Of a stretch of DNA of 64,000 nt, positions 39,359-49,752 are shown in pieces. The stretch spans positions 288,001 through 352,000 of the forward strand of contig CAVUWD010000013.1 in NCBI GenBank assembly GCA_963745025.1. The letters run 5' to 3'. The position numbers and the translations under genes are program-made. Position 1 is the first letter of the stretch. Every line of letters begins with the position of its first letter. Below the pieces are notes generated by a model. The model made no database searches, was not told the DNA's origin, and saw only the letters and a program-made list of their open reading frames with translations. Origin of the DNA: an uncultured delta proteobacterium. GTDB lineage: Bacteria > Desulfobacterota > Binatia > JACPRU01.

Positions 39359-39778
39359 TCATTCCCGTTCCCCGCCTCTCGTCCCATACGGGCGGTACTC
39401 GATGCGCGACAGATCAAAGTAAAGGGGGACTTTTCGGGGAGCTTTGAGCCTGGCCCCGATACCAACGGCGATACAATTCCCAGTGTAGTCGGCGCGAACG
39501 AAGTACAAGAGCTGAACAAGCTCGGGACGTTTCTTGCCGATTACACGGCGGAGGTTGTTCCAGTGTTGACCGCGCCTGCGGATGCGTTGCCCGCGCCGTC
39601 GTCGTGCTCGCCGGGTAAGGCGGAATACCGCTATTTGTACGACGAGGGTGTCGCCACTCACAGTAGCGAGAGCCCCGTGCCATGGAACTGAGCCGGGTCC
39701 AGACGAATGTAGGCGGTTGTGACCGTGATGTTCGGCGACGGCTTCGAGCAAGCGACGATCCTCCGCACCGGCGAGCAT
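39359..39778 (-). CDS. Possible hypothetical protein
   Basis: ATG 4 nt after the protease stop, co-oriented; no recognised motif. Confidence 0.25.
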   Translation of the reverse strand: MLAGAEDRRLLEAVAEHHGHNRLHSSGPGSVPWHGALATVSGDTLVVQIAVFRLTRRARRRRGQRIRRRGQHWNNLRRVIGKKRPELVQLLYFVRADYTGNCIAVGIGARLKAPRKVPLYFDLSRIEYRPYGTRGGERE

Positions 39779-39782
39779 TCTC

Positions 39783-40838
39783 TCATGGCGCGATCCCGAC
39801 CGCCGCCCAGCCGGCGAGCACCGCCTTTTGCTCGAGGCTGCCGGCGCCGTAGATCTCTTTGGCGGTCGCCAACGTCAGGCGCGCGGCGTCTGCGAATGAA
39901 GACCGCGGTCGGAGCTTGTCTCGCAGCGTCACGTACCAGATCTTTCCCGCCTTCACCCACGCGTTGCCGCCGAGGCGAATCGCCGTCTCGTAGAAGGCCC
40001 GGTTGGGGATACCGGAATTGATGTGCACGCCGCCGTTGTCGTCTTCGGTTCGTACATAGTCCTTCATGTGGCCCGGCTGCGGATCCTTGCCGAGGACGCT
40101 GTCGTCATACGCGGTGCCCGGCTCTTTCATCGAGCGCAGGGCCTTTCCCTTCACACCAGGGGCGAGCAGGCCCTTTCCGATCAGCCAGTCGGCGTCCTTG
40201 GCGGCTTGGCCGCGCTTCCACTGCTTGACCAATGATCCGAACACGTCGGAGAGGGACTCGTTCAGAGCGCCCGACTGGCCCTGATAGTCGAGGTCGGCCT
40301 CGTACTGCGTGATGCCGTGGGTGAGCTCGTGACCGATGACGTCGATGGCGATGGTGAAGCGATTGAAGAGCTCGCCGTCGCCGTCGCCATATACCATCTG
40401 CTGGCCGTTCCAGAAGGCGTTGTCGTACTTGCGGCCGTAGTGAACCGTCGAGTCGAGCCGCATGCCGCGATCGTCGATGGAGTTACGGCCGAAGACCTTC
40501 GAGTAGAGATCGTAGGTCGCGCCCGCGCCATCGTAGGCTTCGTTCACCGCCCGGTCCTTGCTCTTCGGGTCTCCCTCGCCGCGAACCAACCGGCCCGGCA
40601 ACCCTTGGCTGCTTCCCGCATCGTAGACGGTGCGGCGCTTGGTTCCCGCAGGGGTGACCGCAGCCATCCAGGCGAAGGCCTGGCGCTGGCCGCGGAGCTG
40701 CTCGGAGAGAGTCGAGGTCCGCCAGGCCCAGCTCTGCTGAGCGGCGCTGCCACGCTTGGCAATCTCCTTCAGCATGTGCGGGGGAATGATGCAGCGGATC
40801 GAGAGAATCGTGCTTCCGGTGCGTTTTCTGCTCGCCAT
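39783..40838 (-). CDS. Protealysin-like M4 metalloprotease
   Basis: Propeptide CIIPPHML, NAFWNG, GHELTHG, GALNESLSD, GVHINSGIPN. Confidence 0.93.
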   Translation of the reverse strand: MASRKRTGSTILSIRCIIPPHMLKEIAKRGSAAQQSWAWRTSTLSEQLRGQRQAFAWMAAVTPAGTKRRTVYDAGSSQGLPGRLVRGEGDPKSKDRAVNEAYDGAGATYDLYSKVFGRNSIDDRGMRLDSTVHYGRKYDNAFWNGQQMVYGDGDGELFNRFTIAIDVIGHELTHGITQYEADLDYQGQSGALNESLSDVFGSLVKQWKRGQAAKDADWLIGKGLLAPGVKGKALRSMKEPGTAYDDSVLGKDPQPGHMKDYVRTEDDNGGVHINSGIPNRAFYETAIRLGGNAWVKAGKIWYVTLRDKLRPRSSFADAARLTLATAKEIYGAGSLEQKAVLAGWAAVGIAP

Positions 40839-40862
40839 TACCACCCCCTGCGCTGGTCCTGC

Positions 40863-41171
40863 TTACGGGTTGCGTCTCGCGCTCCGAGCCAGCTCGACGA
40901 GATGGTCGAGCAATGGTCGAAGCACTTCGGAAACGGATGATTCATCGGTCTCGAGCTCGCTCTTCCGTCCCCGGTTCTCCACGCTGAGCCGATACACGAA
41001 ACGGTCGGCTCCGCGTGGCGGCGCGCTCCGCGGCGGCTGATCGAGGGGAGAAGCAGCGTCCACGAGCTCGCGCAGCCGTTTCGCGTCCCTTGGTCGAAGC
41101 GTCTCCGTTTCGATTTCCAGGTTCAATCTGGTGCCGGCGACTCCGCCGCTGCGTGAGAAGTGAATCTTCAC
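40863..41171 (-). CDS. Emfourin-like protealysin inhibitor
   Basis: RSGGVAG and GADRFVYRLSV motifs, 102 aa, adjacent to an M4 protease. Confidence 0.85.
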   Translation of the reverse strand: MKIHFSRSGGVAGTRLNLEIETETLRPRDAKRLRELVDAASPLDQPPRSAPPRGADRFVYRLSVENRGRKSELETDESSVSEVLRPLLDHLVELARSARRNP

Positions 41172-41411
41172 TGGGCGCTTCCGTTCGACAGTTTCAACTA
41201 GTTTTCAACCAGTCAAGCGCCGGGAAGACAATCGAGCGGAAATCGCTCCACTGACCGACGCACTTTCCGCGTCGAGGTCGTCGGAACCCCGCTGACGGTG
41301 AGAGGCGCGGCTCGAACTTCATCGTGTCCATAGTGCGGATCGTGGTAGCGTCCCAACAACGGAGGCGGGCCCTTCGGCGAATGCGGGTAGCCTGCCAGCC
41401 GAGCGCTCGCG

Positions 41412-41805
41412 ATGACCGCTCAGCAACCAGACTTCTCCCCGGCGACACCCACCAGCAGGAATCGTGGCTGCCTCTTCTGGGCGCTCGCTCTGGCAGTCGT
41501 CGTCGGTGGCGGCGGTTACCCTCGTCTACCGCTACGCGATCGACTGGATCGTCATTGCCTGCACCGAGGCGGCGACCCCGCCCTATCGCCAGCCGAGCTC
41601 GGAGCGCTGGACGGACGGCTCGCGTCCTTTGCGCACGCGGTCCGAAACAAGACCCGGGTCGAGCCGATCGTCCTCACCGGCGAAGAGCTGACGGCTCTCG
41701 TCGTCCGCATCCCCGAGTTCCGCCGGTTCGGCGGACGCGCGCGGTTCTCGATCGACGAGGGGGAGATCGGGGCGAGCTCTCGGTCCCGCTCGAGCGGATG
41801 GGCTA
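41412..41805 (+). pseudogene. Frameshifted, truncated membrane-anchored hypothetical protein
   Basis: RGCLFW-TM leader continues across frames, then collides with the glgP fragment. Confidence 0.4.
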
Positions 41806-41824
41806 TTCGGACCGGTGGTCGCCT

Positions 41825-42077
41825 TGCGGCTCGCTCTGCGGAGCGCCCACAGCTCGGCGTCGGACACGCAGCGGAGATCTCGCTCTACCGTATCCATCGT
41901 GCCGCGCCAGCGCTCGGCCCCGCAGGTCTTGGTCCAGACGGCGTCGGCCTCGGCCGAGTCCCATGTCGGCGTGTGGACGCCGTTGGTCACGTGTGCGACC
42001 GGAATCTCCGCCCGTGGCCAGCGAGGAAACAGGCTCTCGAACAGCCGCCGGGTGACCGAGCCGTGAAGGCGGCTCAC
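41825..42077 (-). pseudogene. glgP: Internal fragment of an alpha-glucan phosphorylase
   Basis: VSRLHGSVTRRLF..LFPRWP..EIPVAHVTNGVHTPTWDS..SDAELWALR. Confidence 0.8.
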
Positions 42078-42219
42078 TCAGCGCCCTTCACATTGAGCCG
42101 CACCTTTCAAGCTGCGCGACGAGTCGGTATCCGCGCGCCGCTCGAGCCTTGAAGCAAACGAGCGTCTTGGCGTAGAGTCCGCGCTCCCGAAGGCCGGGGC
42201 GCGCAAGATCGCAAGATCG

Positions 42220-44592
42220 ATGGAACGACGAGGTGCTCTCGAGGGTCTACGGGTACTCGACCTGACGGACGAAACCGGGCGGCTCGCCGGAAAGTTGCTC
42301 GCCGAGACCGGCGCCGACGTGATTCGACTTTGCCGCGGCGTGCCGGGCCCGCCGATGAAAGGCGTGGCGGGCGGCCGAGGGGGCCTGCTCGATTGGTGGT
42401 TCGATCTTGGAACCCGGAGAATCGAGCTCGACCTCGACGACGAAGGCTGCCGACGGCAGCTCCGCGCCCTGGTCGCGCGCGCCCACGTCTTCATCGAGAC
42501 CGAGCCCCCCGGCCGCCTGGCGCATCTCGGTCTGGACTTCGACGATCTGCGAGCGCTGAATCCGCGGCTCGTCCACGTGTCGCTCACGCCCTTCGGGCGC
42601 CGCGGGCCGCGCGCCGGCTGGCAGGTGAGCGATCTCGTCGCTTCCGCTCTCGGAGGACCGCTCTCGATCAGCGGCACGCCCGACGAGCCGCTCAACGGAT
42701 ACGGCCGGCAGTCCTTCAACATCGGCGGATTCTTCGCCGCCATCTGCGCGCTCGCGGGCGCGCATGCGGCGCGTGAGACCGGGCAGGGTCGACACTTCGA
42801 TCTCTCTCTCCACCAGAGCGTGGCGAGCTGCACCGAGCAGCTCCTCATGTATTGGTTCTTCCGCCACACGATCTTCTTCCCCGGCGGCATCGCCAAGCGA
42901 CAGGCAGCGCTTCACTGGACGGGCCTCTTCGACGTGGTGCCGTGCCGCGACGGCCACGTCATGATGACACCCTCTCCGAACCCACGAAATCTGTTCGATT
43001 GGCTCATCGAGGAAGGCATGGCCGGCGCGTTCGCCGAGGCGGTGCCGACGACGGTGGCGGAAGCGCTCCCGCGCGCGGCCGAGATCATGGCCACGCTTCG
43101 CGCCTGGGCGAAGACGAAGAGCGTCCGGCCGCTTTTCGAAGAAGCGCAGCGGCGTCGCATTCCGCTCGGCGAAGTGATGTCGATCGCCGAGGCGGCTCGA
43201 TCGCCGCAGCACGAAGCGCGCGGCTTCTTTCGTGCCGTCGCGTGGGACGGTGCCCCCCTGCGCGTTCCGGGGCCGCTCTTCCGGCTGTCCGACACGCCGG
43301 CGCCGCCTCCGACCCCCCCGCCCGCGATCGCAGATTCTGTCGATTCGGTGCTCGCGTCGTGGCCTCAGGAGCGCGGTGGCGAAGGTGCCGCTTCGTCGGC
43401 GAGTGCGCCAAGGAAGCCGCTCGCAGGGGTGAGGATCCTCGATTTCACCTGGGTGCTCGCCGGCCCGATGGCGACTCGCGTGCTCGCCGATCTCGGCGCC
43501 GACGTCGTGAAGCTCCAGACCGAGGAACGCTCGCAGGGGGTGAATCACAACGACTTTCCGTACTTCTCGATGTGGAACCGGAACAAGCGGAGCGCGACGC
43601 TCAACATGAAGCACCCGCGCGCCGTCGAGACGTTTCGCCGCCTCGTCGAGCGGTCGGACGTCGTCATCGACAACTTCAGCGCGGGCGTGCTCGACCGCTG
43701 GGGTATCGGCTACGCGCAGGCGAGCGAGTGGAATCCGCGGATCATATACGTCTCGCTGCCGGGCTGTGGCCGTGACGGCCCGTGGCGCGACTTCGTCACG
43801 TTCGCACCGACGATCCAGGCGCTCTCCGGGCTCACGTACTTGACGAATCCCGAAGGCCGCCACGACATCGGCTTCGGCTTCGCCCTCATGGATCACTTCG
43901 GCGGTCTGAGCGGCGCGCTCGCGGTCCTGGCTGCGCTCGAGGCCCGCCGGCGAACGGGCCGCGGCCAGGACGTCGACATTTCCCAAGTCGAGGTCGGCGT
44001 GCACTTGCTCGGGCCGACCTTCAGCGACTATCTCAACAACGGCCGCGAGGCCGAGCCGATCGGCAATCGCGATGCCTTCGAGGACCACGCCCCGAACGAG
44101 GTCTATCGCTGCGGGGATGGCGAGTGGCTGGCGATCACCGCTCGATCCGACGCGGAATGGCAAGCGCTCTGCGCGACGATCGGCGACGCTCGCCTCGCGG
44201 ACGACGAGAGCCTGCAGACCGTCGCCGGCCGACGGCGCGAGCGCCGCCGCGTCGACGAGCGACTGGGCGCCTGGGCGGCGGGCCAGACGGCGCGGGGCGC
44301 GATGCAGCTCCTGCAAGAGCGCGGCGTGCCCGCCGGCAAAGTGCAGAATGCCCGCGACCTCGTGGAAGAGGACGAGCAGCTGACGTTTCGCCGGTGGCTC
44401 GTCGAGGTGGAGCATGGCTCCCACGGCCGACAAACGATCGACCGATTTCCCGCGGAGGTCACTCCGGGCGCTCTCGACCCGTACGCGGGGGCGCCCACCT
44501 TCGGACAGCACACGCTCGAAGTGTACGAGGAGCTCGCCGGGATGTCGGTCGAGGAGATCGCTGCCGCGATCGGCGAAGAGATCTTCAGCTGA
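42220..44592 (+). CDS. CaiB/BaiF CoA-transferase with two tandem domains
   Basis: Two LxGxRVLD(L/F)T starts, GPMATRVLADLGADVVK, NRNKRS, DNFSAGVLDRWG. Confidence 0.9.
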   Translation: MERRGALEGLRVLDLTDETGRLAGKLLAETGADVIRLCRGVPGPPMKGVAGGRGGLLDWWFDLGTRRIELDLDDEGCRRQLRALVARAHVFIETEPPGRLAHLGLDFDDLRALNPRLVHVSLTPFGRRGPRAGWQVSDLVASALGGPLSISGTPDEPLNGYGRQSFNIGGFFAAICALAGAHAARETGQGRHFDLSLHQSVASCTEQLLMYWFFRHTIFFPGGIAKRQAALHWTGLFDVVPCRDGHVMMTPSPNPRNLFDWLIEEGMAGAFAEAVPTTVAEALPRAAEIMATLRAWAKTKSVRPLFEEAQRRRIPLGEVMSIAEAARSPQHEARGFFRAVAWDGAPLRVPGPLFRLSDTPAPPPTPPPAIADSVDSVLASWPQERGGEGAASSASAPRKPLAGVRILDFTWVLAGPMATRVLADLGADVVKLQTEERSQGVNHNDFPYFSMWNRNKRSATLNMKHPRAVETFRRLVERSDVVIDNFSAGVLDRWGIGYAQASEWNPRIIYVSLPGCGRDGPWRDFVTFAPTIQALSGLTYLTNPEGRHDIGFGFALMDHFGGLSGALAVLAALEARRRTGRGQDVDISQVEVGVHLLGPTFSDYLNNGREAEPIGNRDAFEDHAPNEVYRCGDGEWLAITARSDAEWQALCATIGDARLADDESLQTVAGRRRERRRVDERLGAWAAGQTARGAMQLLQERGVPAGKVQNARDLVEEDEQLTFRRWLVEVEHGSHGRQTIDRFPAEVTPGALDPYAGAPTFGQHTLEVYEELAGMSVEEIAAAIGEEIFS

Positions 44593-44744
44593 TCGTCGGG
44601 CTGACGTCGGCACGCGGTTCTCACCGGAGAGTGCTTCGTCCGGCGACGGCATCGAGCGGCCGGTCGATCCTCGCGGGGATCGCGAAAGAGCGTGTGCAGG
44701 CCCCCTCCCTTGCCCGCGCCGTACGAGTCGATTAGTTCACCGAC

Positions 44745-45860
44745 GTGGCTGCCATCGATCGCGCTCAGGTGAAGCGGCTCATGGATCGCGCGCGGCGAGA
44801 GATCGACGCGGGGTTCTTGCCCTCTTGCCAGATCGCGCTCGGCTTCGAGGGCGAGATCGTTGCCGCGGAGACCTTCGGCGACGCTCGGCCCGACGATCGT
44901 TACTGCATCTTCTCGGCCACGAAGCCCTTCGTCGCCTCCACCGTCTGGACGCTCATCACCGAAGGCGCGCTGCGAGTCGAGGCGCCGGTCGTCGCGTACT
45001 TCCCGGAGTTCGGCGCCAACGGCAAGGAGCACGTCACCGTCGAGCAGGTGATGCTGCACACCTCCGGCTTCCCGCATGCGCCGATGGGAGCCCCCGAGTG
45101 GTACGAGCGCGACGCTCGCGTGCAGCGCATGGCCTCGTGGAGGCTCAACTGGGAGCCGGGCACCCGCTACGAGTACCACCCGACGTCGGCGCACTGGGTG
45201 CTCGGCGAGCTGATCGAACGAGTGACCGGAAGGGACTATCGCGACGTCGTCGAGGAGCGCGTCACGCGGCCCGCGGGCTTGCCGCGGATCCTCGGGATCC
45301 GCCGCGACCGGCAGAGCGGCATCCGCGATCTACGCCTGATCGGCGAGCACGCGACCGCCGACGAGCTCGAGCAGGTCTTCGGCGTACGAGCCCTACCCGA
45401 GACGGAGGTCACCGACGATGCCGTCATGCAATTCAACGAGGCGTCGGTTCGCGAGCTCGGGGTTCCGGGCGGTGGGGGACTCGGCCGCGCCGTGGATCTG
45501 GCGCTCTTCTACCAGCGTCTGCTGCACGACCCGGACGGCATCTGGGACGCGGCCGTGCGCATCGACGGCATCGGCCGGGTGCGCAACTCGCTCCCCGATC
45601 CGATGGGCGTGCCCGCCAACCGATCGCTCGGCTTGATCCTCGCCGGCGACGATGGCCGCTCGCACATCCGCGGGCTCGGCCGCACCGTGTCGCCGCGCGC
45701 GTTCGGTCACAACGGAGCCGGCGGGCAGCTCGCCTGGGCCGACCCCGCGACCGGTCTCTCGCTCGGCTACGTCACCGACGGCTACGACCGCCACGAGATC
45801 CGCCAGCCGCGGCGCGGTACGGCGATCTCGAGCCTCGCCGCCGCCGTCATTCGCGCGTGA
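44745..45860 (+). CDS. Serine hydrolase, beta-lactamase/EstB-like
   Basis: FSATK (SxxK), MLHTSG, YEYH, FGHNGAGG. Confidence 0.88.
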   Translation: MAAIDRAQVKRLMDRARREIDAGFLPSCQIALGFEGEIVAAETFGDARPDDRYCIFSATKPFVASTVWTLITEGALRVEAPVVAYFPEFGANGKEHVTVEQVMLHTSGFPHAPMGAPEWYERDARVQRMASWRLNWEPGTRYEYHPTSAHWVLGELIERVTGRDYRDVVEERVTRPAGLPRILGIRRDRQSGIRDLRLIGEHATADELEQVFGVRALPETEVTDDAVMQFNEASVRELGVPGGGGLGRAVDLALFYQRLLHDPDGIWDAAVRIDGIGRVRNSLPDPMGVPANRSLGLILAGDDGRSHIRGLGRTVSPRAFGHNGAGGQLAWADPATGLSLGYVTDGYDRHEIRQPRRGTAISSLAAAVIRA

Positions 45861-46803
45861 CGTCGACCGGCATGCCGCTCTTCTCGCGGACGGCGGATCG
45901 AAGGCGCGCTGGGTCGACGCGGTCGGCAACGCCCGCCCTGCGGACTTCCTCGAGCGCGAACCGGGCGAGGTTCGGGATCCGACGGTAGATGTCGGGATGA
46001 ACCTCGACGTAGATCCGGCCGCGGTCTTCGCCGAGCTTGACGGGTTGATAGAGAATCTCGCCTGGGGTGCCCACCCGAACGCTCTCGTAGAGCTCGCCGA
46101 TGTCCTCCGGGTAGAGCCGGATGCAGCCGTGCGTCGCGAGTCGACCGATCGACCAGGGTGAGTCGGTTCCGTGGATCGAGTAGAGGCCATAGGAGAGCCG
46201 CATCCGATACGCCCCGAGTGGGTTGTCCGGGCCTGGCGGGACTACGCGTCGCGGCGGATCCATCGTCTTCAAGATCGAAGCGGGAACCACCCAGGTCGGA
46301 TTCTCCTCTTTCGTGCGGATCGAAAAAGAGCGGACCGGGCTCGGTGTCTCGTCGTCGCCGATGCCGATCGCCCAGGTGCGGATCTCGAACTCTTGCCCCG
46401 GGGTCGTCGAGTCGGGGTAGAGGTAGAGGCGCATCTCCGGAAGGTTGATGACCACGCCGCGATGGCGCGACCGCGGGAGGATCCATCGAGAGGGGAGCAC
46501 GACCTCCGTGCCCGGCTTTGGCACCCACGCGTCGACGCTCGGGTTCGCGTCCTGGGCCTGCTGGTAGCCGAGGCCTGCTTGGCGGGCGATGTCGAGCAGC
46601 GTATCGCCGTTGGCGACGCGAACCTGCTGCTCGATTCCGACGAGCCCGGGGAGCTCGCCCGTTCGCGGCACGCGGCTCGTGACCGTCGTGACCTTCTTCG
46701 GACCGGCGACGACGGGCGGGATGGGCTCTCGGACCGTTGCGCAGCTCGACGCCAGAAGCAGCAGGACGGCCTTCGCGCGGAGTCGCGCACGTCTTCCCCG
46801 CAT
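45847..46803 (-). CDS. L,D-transpeptidase (ErfK/YbiS family) lipoprotein
   Basis: Lipobox LASSC, GDTLLDIAR, INLPEMRLY, PPGPDNPLG, IHGT..HGCIRL. Confidence 0.92.
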   Translation of the reverse strand: MRGRRARLRAKAVLLLLASSCATVREPIPPVVAGPKKVTTVTSRVPRTGELPGLVGIEQQVRVANGDTLLDIARQAGLGYQQAQDANPSVDAWVPKPGTEVVLPSRWILPRSRHRGVVINLPEMRLYLYPDSTTPGQEFEIRTWAIGIGDDETPSPVRSFSIRTKEENPTWVVPASILKTMDPPRRVVPPGPDNPLGAYRMRLSYGLYSIHGTDSPWSIGRLATHGCIRLYPEDIGELYESVRVGTPGEILYQPVKLGEDRGRIYVEVHPDIYRRIPNLARFALEEVRRAGVADRVDPARLRSAVREKSGMPVDVTRE

Positions 46804-46918
46804 GGACAAACGCACTACCAGAACGGGGCGTTGGTGTCCCGACTCCGGAAACTCGGCAATGACATCATCGACGGCGAAGCACGTCGTCGCGTCCGATCAG
46901 ATGACGGTCGCAGCATCC

Positions 46919-47485
46919 CTATCGGTGACCGAAGGAAATCGGTGGCGGACCCGCGGCGCCGATCGGTGACGGACCGCCGGGCCCTTGGAGGAACCGATCA
47001 TCGCGGCTCGGCGGCAGCCGGCGTGGGGGCGGGGGAAGAACGCGGGGAACGAAGGCTGGCCCGACCACCACGAACGATGGAATCTCGGGCGCGGCCTCGA
47101 AGATCTGGACATTCTGCACGATTGGACCGAGCTGTGCGGGGGCCGGCTCGGGTGGAGCGGAGACGCGCGCGGCCGCCATCCCGGCCCAGTAGCCTTCCGC
47201 GAAGCTGCTCTCCATGCGCTGCGGCTCCTGCCGCGCGGCCGTGTCGGCGACCGGTTCCGCTAGGGAAGCCGGCGGGGGTGACGATTCTTCGCGTGGCAGC
47301 GGTGCGGGTGGCGGCAGATCCGTGACGAAGGTTACGATTTGGTCTCGATACTCCACGGGCACCTTATCCGGGTCGTCCACGTAATGCGTCACGCCCTGCG
47401 GATCGTACCAGCAGTAGATCGCCGCTCGAGCCACCGGCCCTACGAGCAAGGTGACGAGCACTGCGGCGAATATCGCGAGACGCAC
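46919..47485 (-). CDS. DUF4124-domain exported protein
   Basis: Signal peptide, then IYCWYDPQGVTHYVDDP..VP. Confidence 0.7.
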   Translation of the reverse strand: MRLAIFAAVLVTLLVGPVARAAIYCWYDPQGVTHYVDDPDKVPVEYRDQIVTFVTDLPPPAPLPREESSPPPASLAEPVADTAARQEPQRMESSFAEGYWAGMAAARVSAPPEPAPAQLGPIVQNVQIFEAAPEIPSFVVVGPAFVPRVLPPPPRRLPPSRDDRFLQGPGGPSPIGAAGPPPISFGHR

Positions 47486-47702
47486 ATGACTATGATCGGA
47501 CGTCGCGGAGTACTCGTCAACTTCCGCCAAACTCTCCCGACGTCTGGAAAAGCCGATGATGACGATCCGGCGCTAGAAGCCGAAAACCGTAGCGTCCCAT
47601 TCACCAGCTGCGCAGATCCCAAAATGGCCCACTTCCGCTCTCCCAGGCAGCTCGCATCAGTAGTAGAACCGACACAAGAGCAAAGGTCAGAATCCTCGCA
47701 CC

Positions 47703-48377
47703 ATGCGCCTATTGTTGATCGAAGACGACCACTCTCTGGCCAAGGCGGTTCGCGAAGGTCTCGTCGCCAAGGGCTTCGCGGTCGATCGGGTCGAGAGCGG
47801 GGAAGCCGGGTTCGAGCTCGTCGCGCTCAACCCGTACGATCTGATCGTTCTGGATCTGGGCCTTCCCGGCGCCGACGGTCTGGCGTTTCTCGACAGGCTC
47901 CGCGCGCGGGGAGACGCCGTCCCGGTACTGGTGCTCACGGCGCGCGGCAGGGTCACGGATCGGGTCCATGGCCTCGATCGCGGTGCCGACGACTATCTGA
48001 GAAAGCCTTTCGCGATCGCCGAGCTCGTCGCGCGGATCCGTGCGCTGCTCCGCCGCGGCAACGGCCTCGCGCCGGTCGTCTTGCGAGCCGGCGACATCGA
48101 GCTCGACGCGCGTCGTTTCGAGGTGCGTCGAGCGGGCTCGCCGATCCCGCTGACCGCCAAGGAGTTCGCGATTCTCGAGTACCTGCTCCGCCACGCCGGC
48201 GAGCTGGTGACCCGTACGATGCTTCTTGAGCACTGCTGGGACGAGAGCTATGAGGGGCTGTCGAACCTCGTCGACGTGCATGTCAGTCGGCTGCGGCGAA
48301 AGTTGGAAGCAGCCGGGGGCCCGGCGCCGTTGCGTAGCGTCCGAGGCGCTGGATTTATATTCGGGGTTCCTTCGTGA
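47703..48377 (+). CDS. OmpR-family response regulator (CusR/CzcR-like)
   Basis: IEDD, DLGLP, GADDYLRKPF, winged helix VDVHVSRLRRKL..VRGAGF. Confidence 0.93.
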   Translation: MRLLLIEDDHSLAKAVREGLVAKGFAVDRVESGEAGFELVALNPYDLIVLDLGLPGADGLAFLDRLRARGDAVPVLVLTARGRVTDRVHGLDRGADDYLRKPFAIAELVARIRALLRRGNGLAPVVLRAGDIELDARRFEVRRAGSPIPLTAKEFAILEYLLRHAGELVTRTMLLEHCWDESYEGLSNLVDVHVSRLRRKLEAAGGPAPLRSVRGAGFIFGVPS

Positions 48378-49723
48378 GTCGGCCGTCGAGCCTGCGCGGG
48401 CGCTTGACGGCGGTGTTCGCCGGCGTCGCGGGGATCGTCGTCGTCGCCGCCGCGTTCGTCACGGAGGCGCTGATCGAGCGTGCGTTCTGGGCGGCGCTGG
48501 ACGGAGCGCTCGCAGAAGAAGCGGAGACGCTGGCCTCGATCCTCGAGGTGGGTCGTATGGAAGAGATCCCGAGGCTGGTGGCACGGATCGAAGCCGAGCG
48601 GGAGCCCGGGCCGGGGAAGTTCGTGCTGGTGCGCGAGCGAGCAGGGCGGATCCTAGCGAGCGCAGGTCAGATACCCGAAACGATCGCCCGAGAATCCATC
48701 GAGGCTGGCGGACCCGCACGAATCCTCTGGTACGGCGTGGAGCCATACCGTGTCGCTTTCGCGCGGGCGTCGAACGGAGCTGTGTGCACGATCGGCATAC
48801 CCGTGCGCGGCGAGATCGGCGTCATCCGCCGAGCCCGCTGGGCGATCGCCGGCGGTGCGTGCGTACTGATCGGCGTCTTCTCGGCGCTCGCATGGGCGGT
48901 TACCTCGCGGGCCACGGCCGAGCTCGATCGCCTCGCCGACGAGCTCGAGACTGTCGAGGCGGGTTCGCTCCACAGGCAGCTCTCGCGCCGTGAGACGAGC
49001 GAGGTCGGCCGTCTGGTCGCGGTGCTGAACCGTCTGCTCCAACGCTTGGATTCGGCGATGGTGTCGCTCCGGCGCTTCAGCGCTGACGCCGCCCACGAGC
49101 TGCGCACGCCGATCGCCGCGCTACGGGCTCATATCGACCTGGCGATCGCTGCGGCCGGGCCAACCCCGCCCGCGAGCCTTCTCGATGCCGTAGAGCAGGG
49201 CGAGCGGCTCAGTCACCTCGCGGAGGACTTGCTGACGTTGTCCTCCGTCGAGGCGGGGGAAAGCGCTCGCCGCGACTCCGTCGTCCGCCTGGACGAGCTC
49301 GCCCGGGAAGTGATCGACGTCATGGAGCCGATCGCTAGCGACCAGGGCCGCAAGCTCGTGCAGACGGTAGACGCCGACCTCTCGATCCAGGGCGAGCCGA
49401 CCCTATTGCGGCGTCTCGTCGTGAATCTCGTCGACAACGCACTTCGCCACACACCCGCTGCCGCTCCGATTTCCGTCACGCTCCGAGCCGTGGACGGTCG
49501 GGCGATCCTCGAAGTGCGTGACGAGGGGCCGGGGATCGACCCGGGGGACGCTCCGCTGGTGTTCGAACGGTTCTATCGCGGCAAAGGGGGTGGCAGTGGC
49601 TCGGGTCTCGGCTTGGCGATCTGCCGCGAGATTGCCAAGCGGCACGGCGGGGAGATCGAACTCGCGAGCGTGCCCGGCCGCGGCACGACCGTCCGAGTCG
49701 AGCTGCCGCTCGCTTCACGGTAA
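48374..49723 (+). CDS. Sensor histidine kinase (two TM, HAMP)
   Basis: DAAHELRTP H-box, NLVDNA, DEGPG, GSGLGL. Confidence 0.93.
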   Translation: MSRPSSLRGRLTAVFAGVAGIVVVAAAFVTEALIERAFWAALDGALAEEAETLASILEVGRMEEIPRLVARIEAEREPGPGKFVLVRERAGRILASAGQIPETIARESIEAGGPARILWYGVEPYRVAFARASNGAVCTIGIPVRGEIGVIRRARWAIAGGACVLIGVFSALAWAVTSRATAELDRLADELETVEAGSLHRQLSRRETSEVGRLVAVLNRLLQRLDSAMVSLRRFSADAAHELRTPIAALRAHIDLAIAAAGPTPPASLLDAVEQGERLSHLAEDLLTLSSVEAGESARRDSVVRLDELAREVIDVMEPIASDQGRKLVQTVDADLSIQGEPTLLRRLVVNLVDNALRHTPAAAPISVTLRAVDGRAILEVRDEGPGIDPGDAPLVFERFYRGKGGGSGSGLGLAICREIAKRHGGEIELASVPGRGTTVRVELPLASR

Positions 49724-49746
49724 CTTCATGGTTTCCACGCTAGGGT
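49713..49746 (+). promoter_or_regulatory. Candidate OmpR-type direct repeat plus -10 element upstream of tolC
   Basis: CTTCACGGT / CTTCATGGT with 11-bp period; TAGGGT 6 nt before the GTG at 49753. Confidence 0.5.
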
Positions 49747-49752
49747 GGCCCC

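Noticed and set aside
44745-45860. Antibiotic-resistance beta-lactamase (and aminoglycoside kinase at 59107-60150)
   Set aside because: No signal peptide and a catabolic context; the motifs fit esterase-type serine hydrolase and ACAD10/11-type kinase subfamilies
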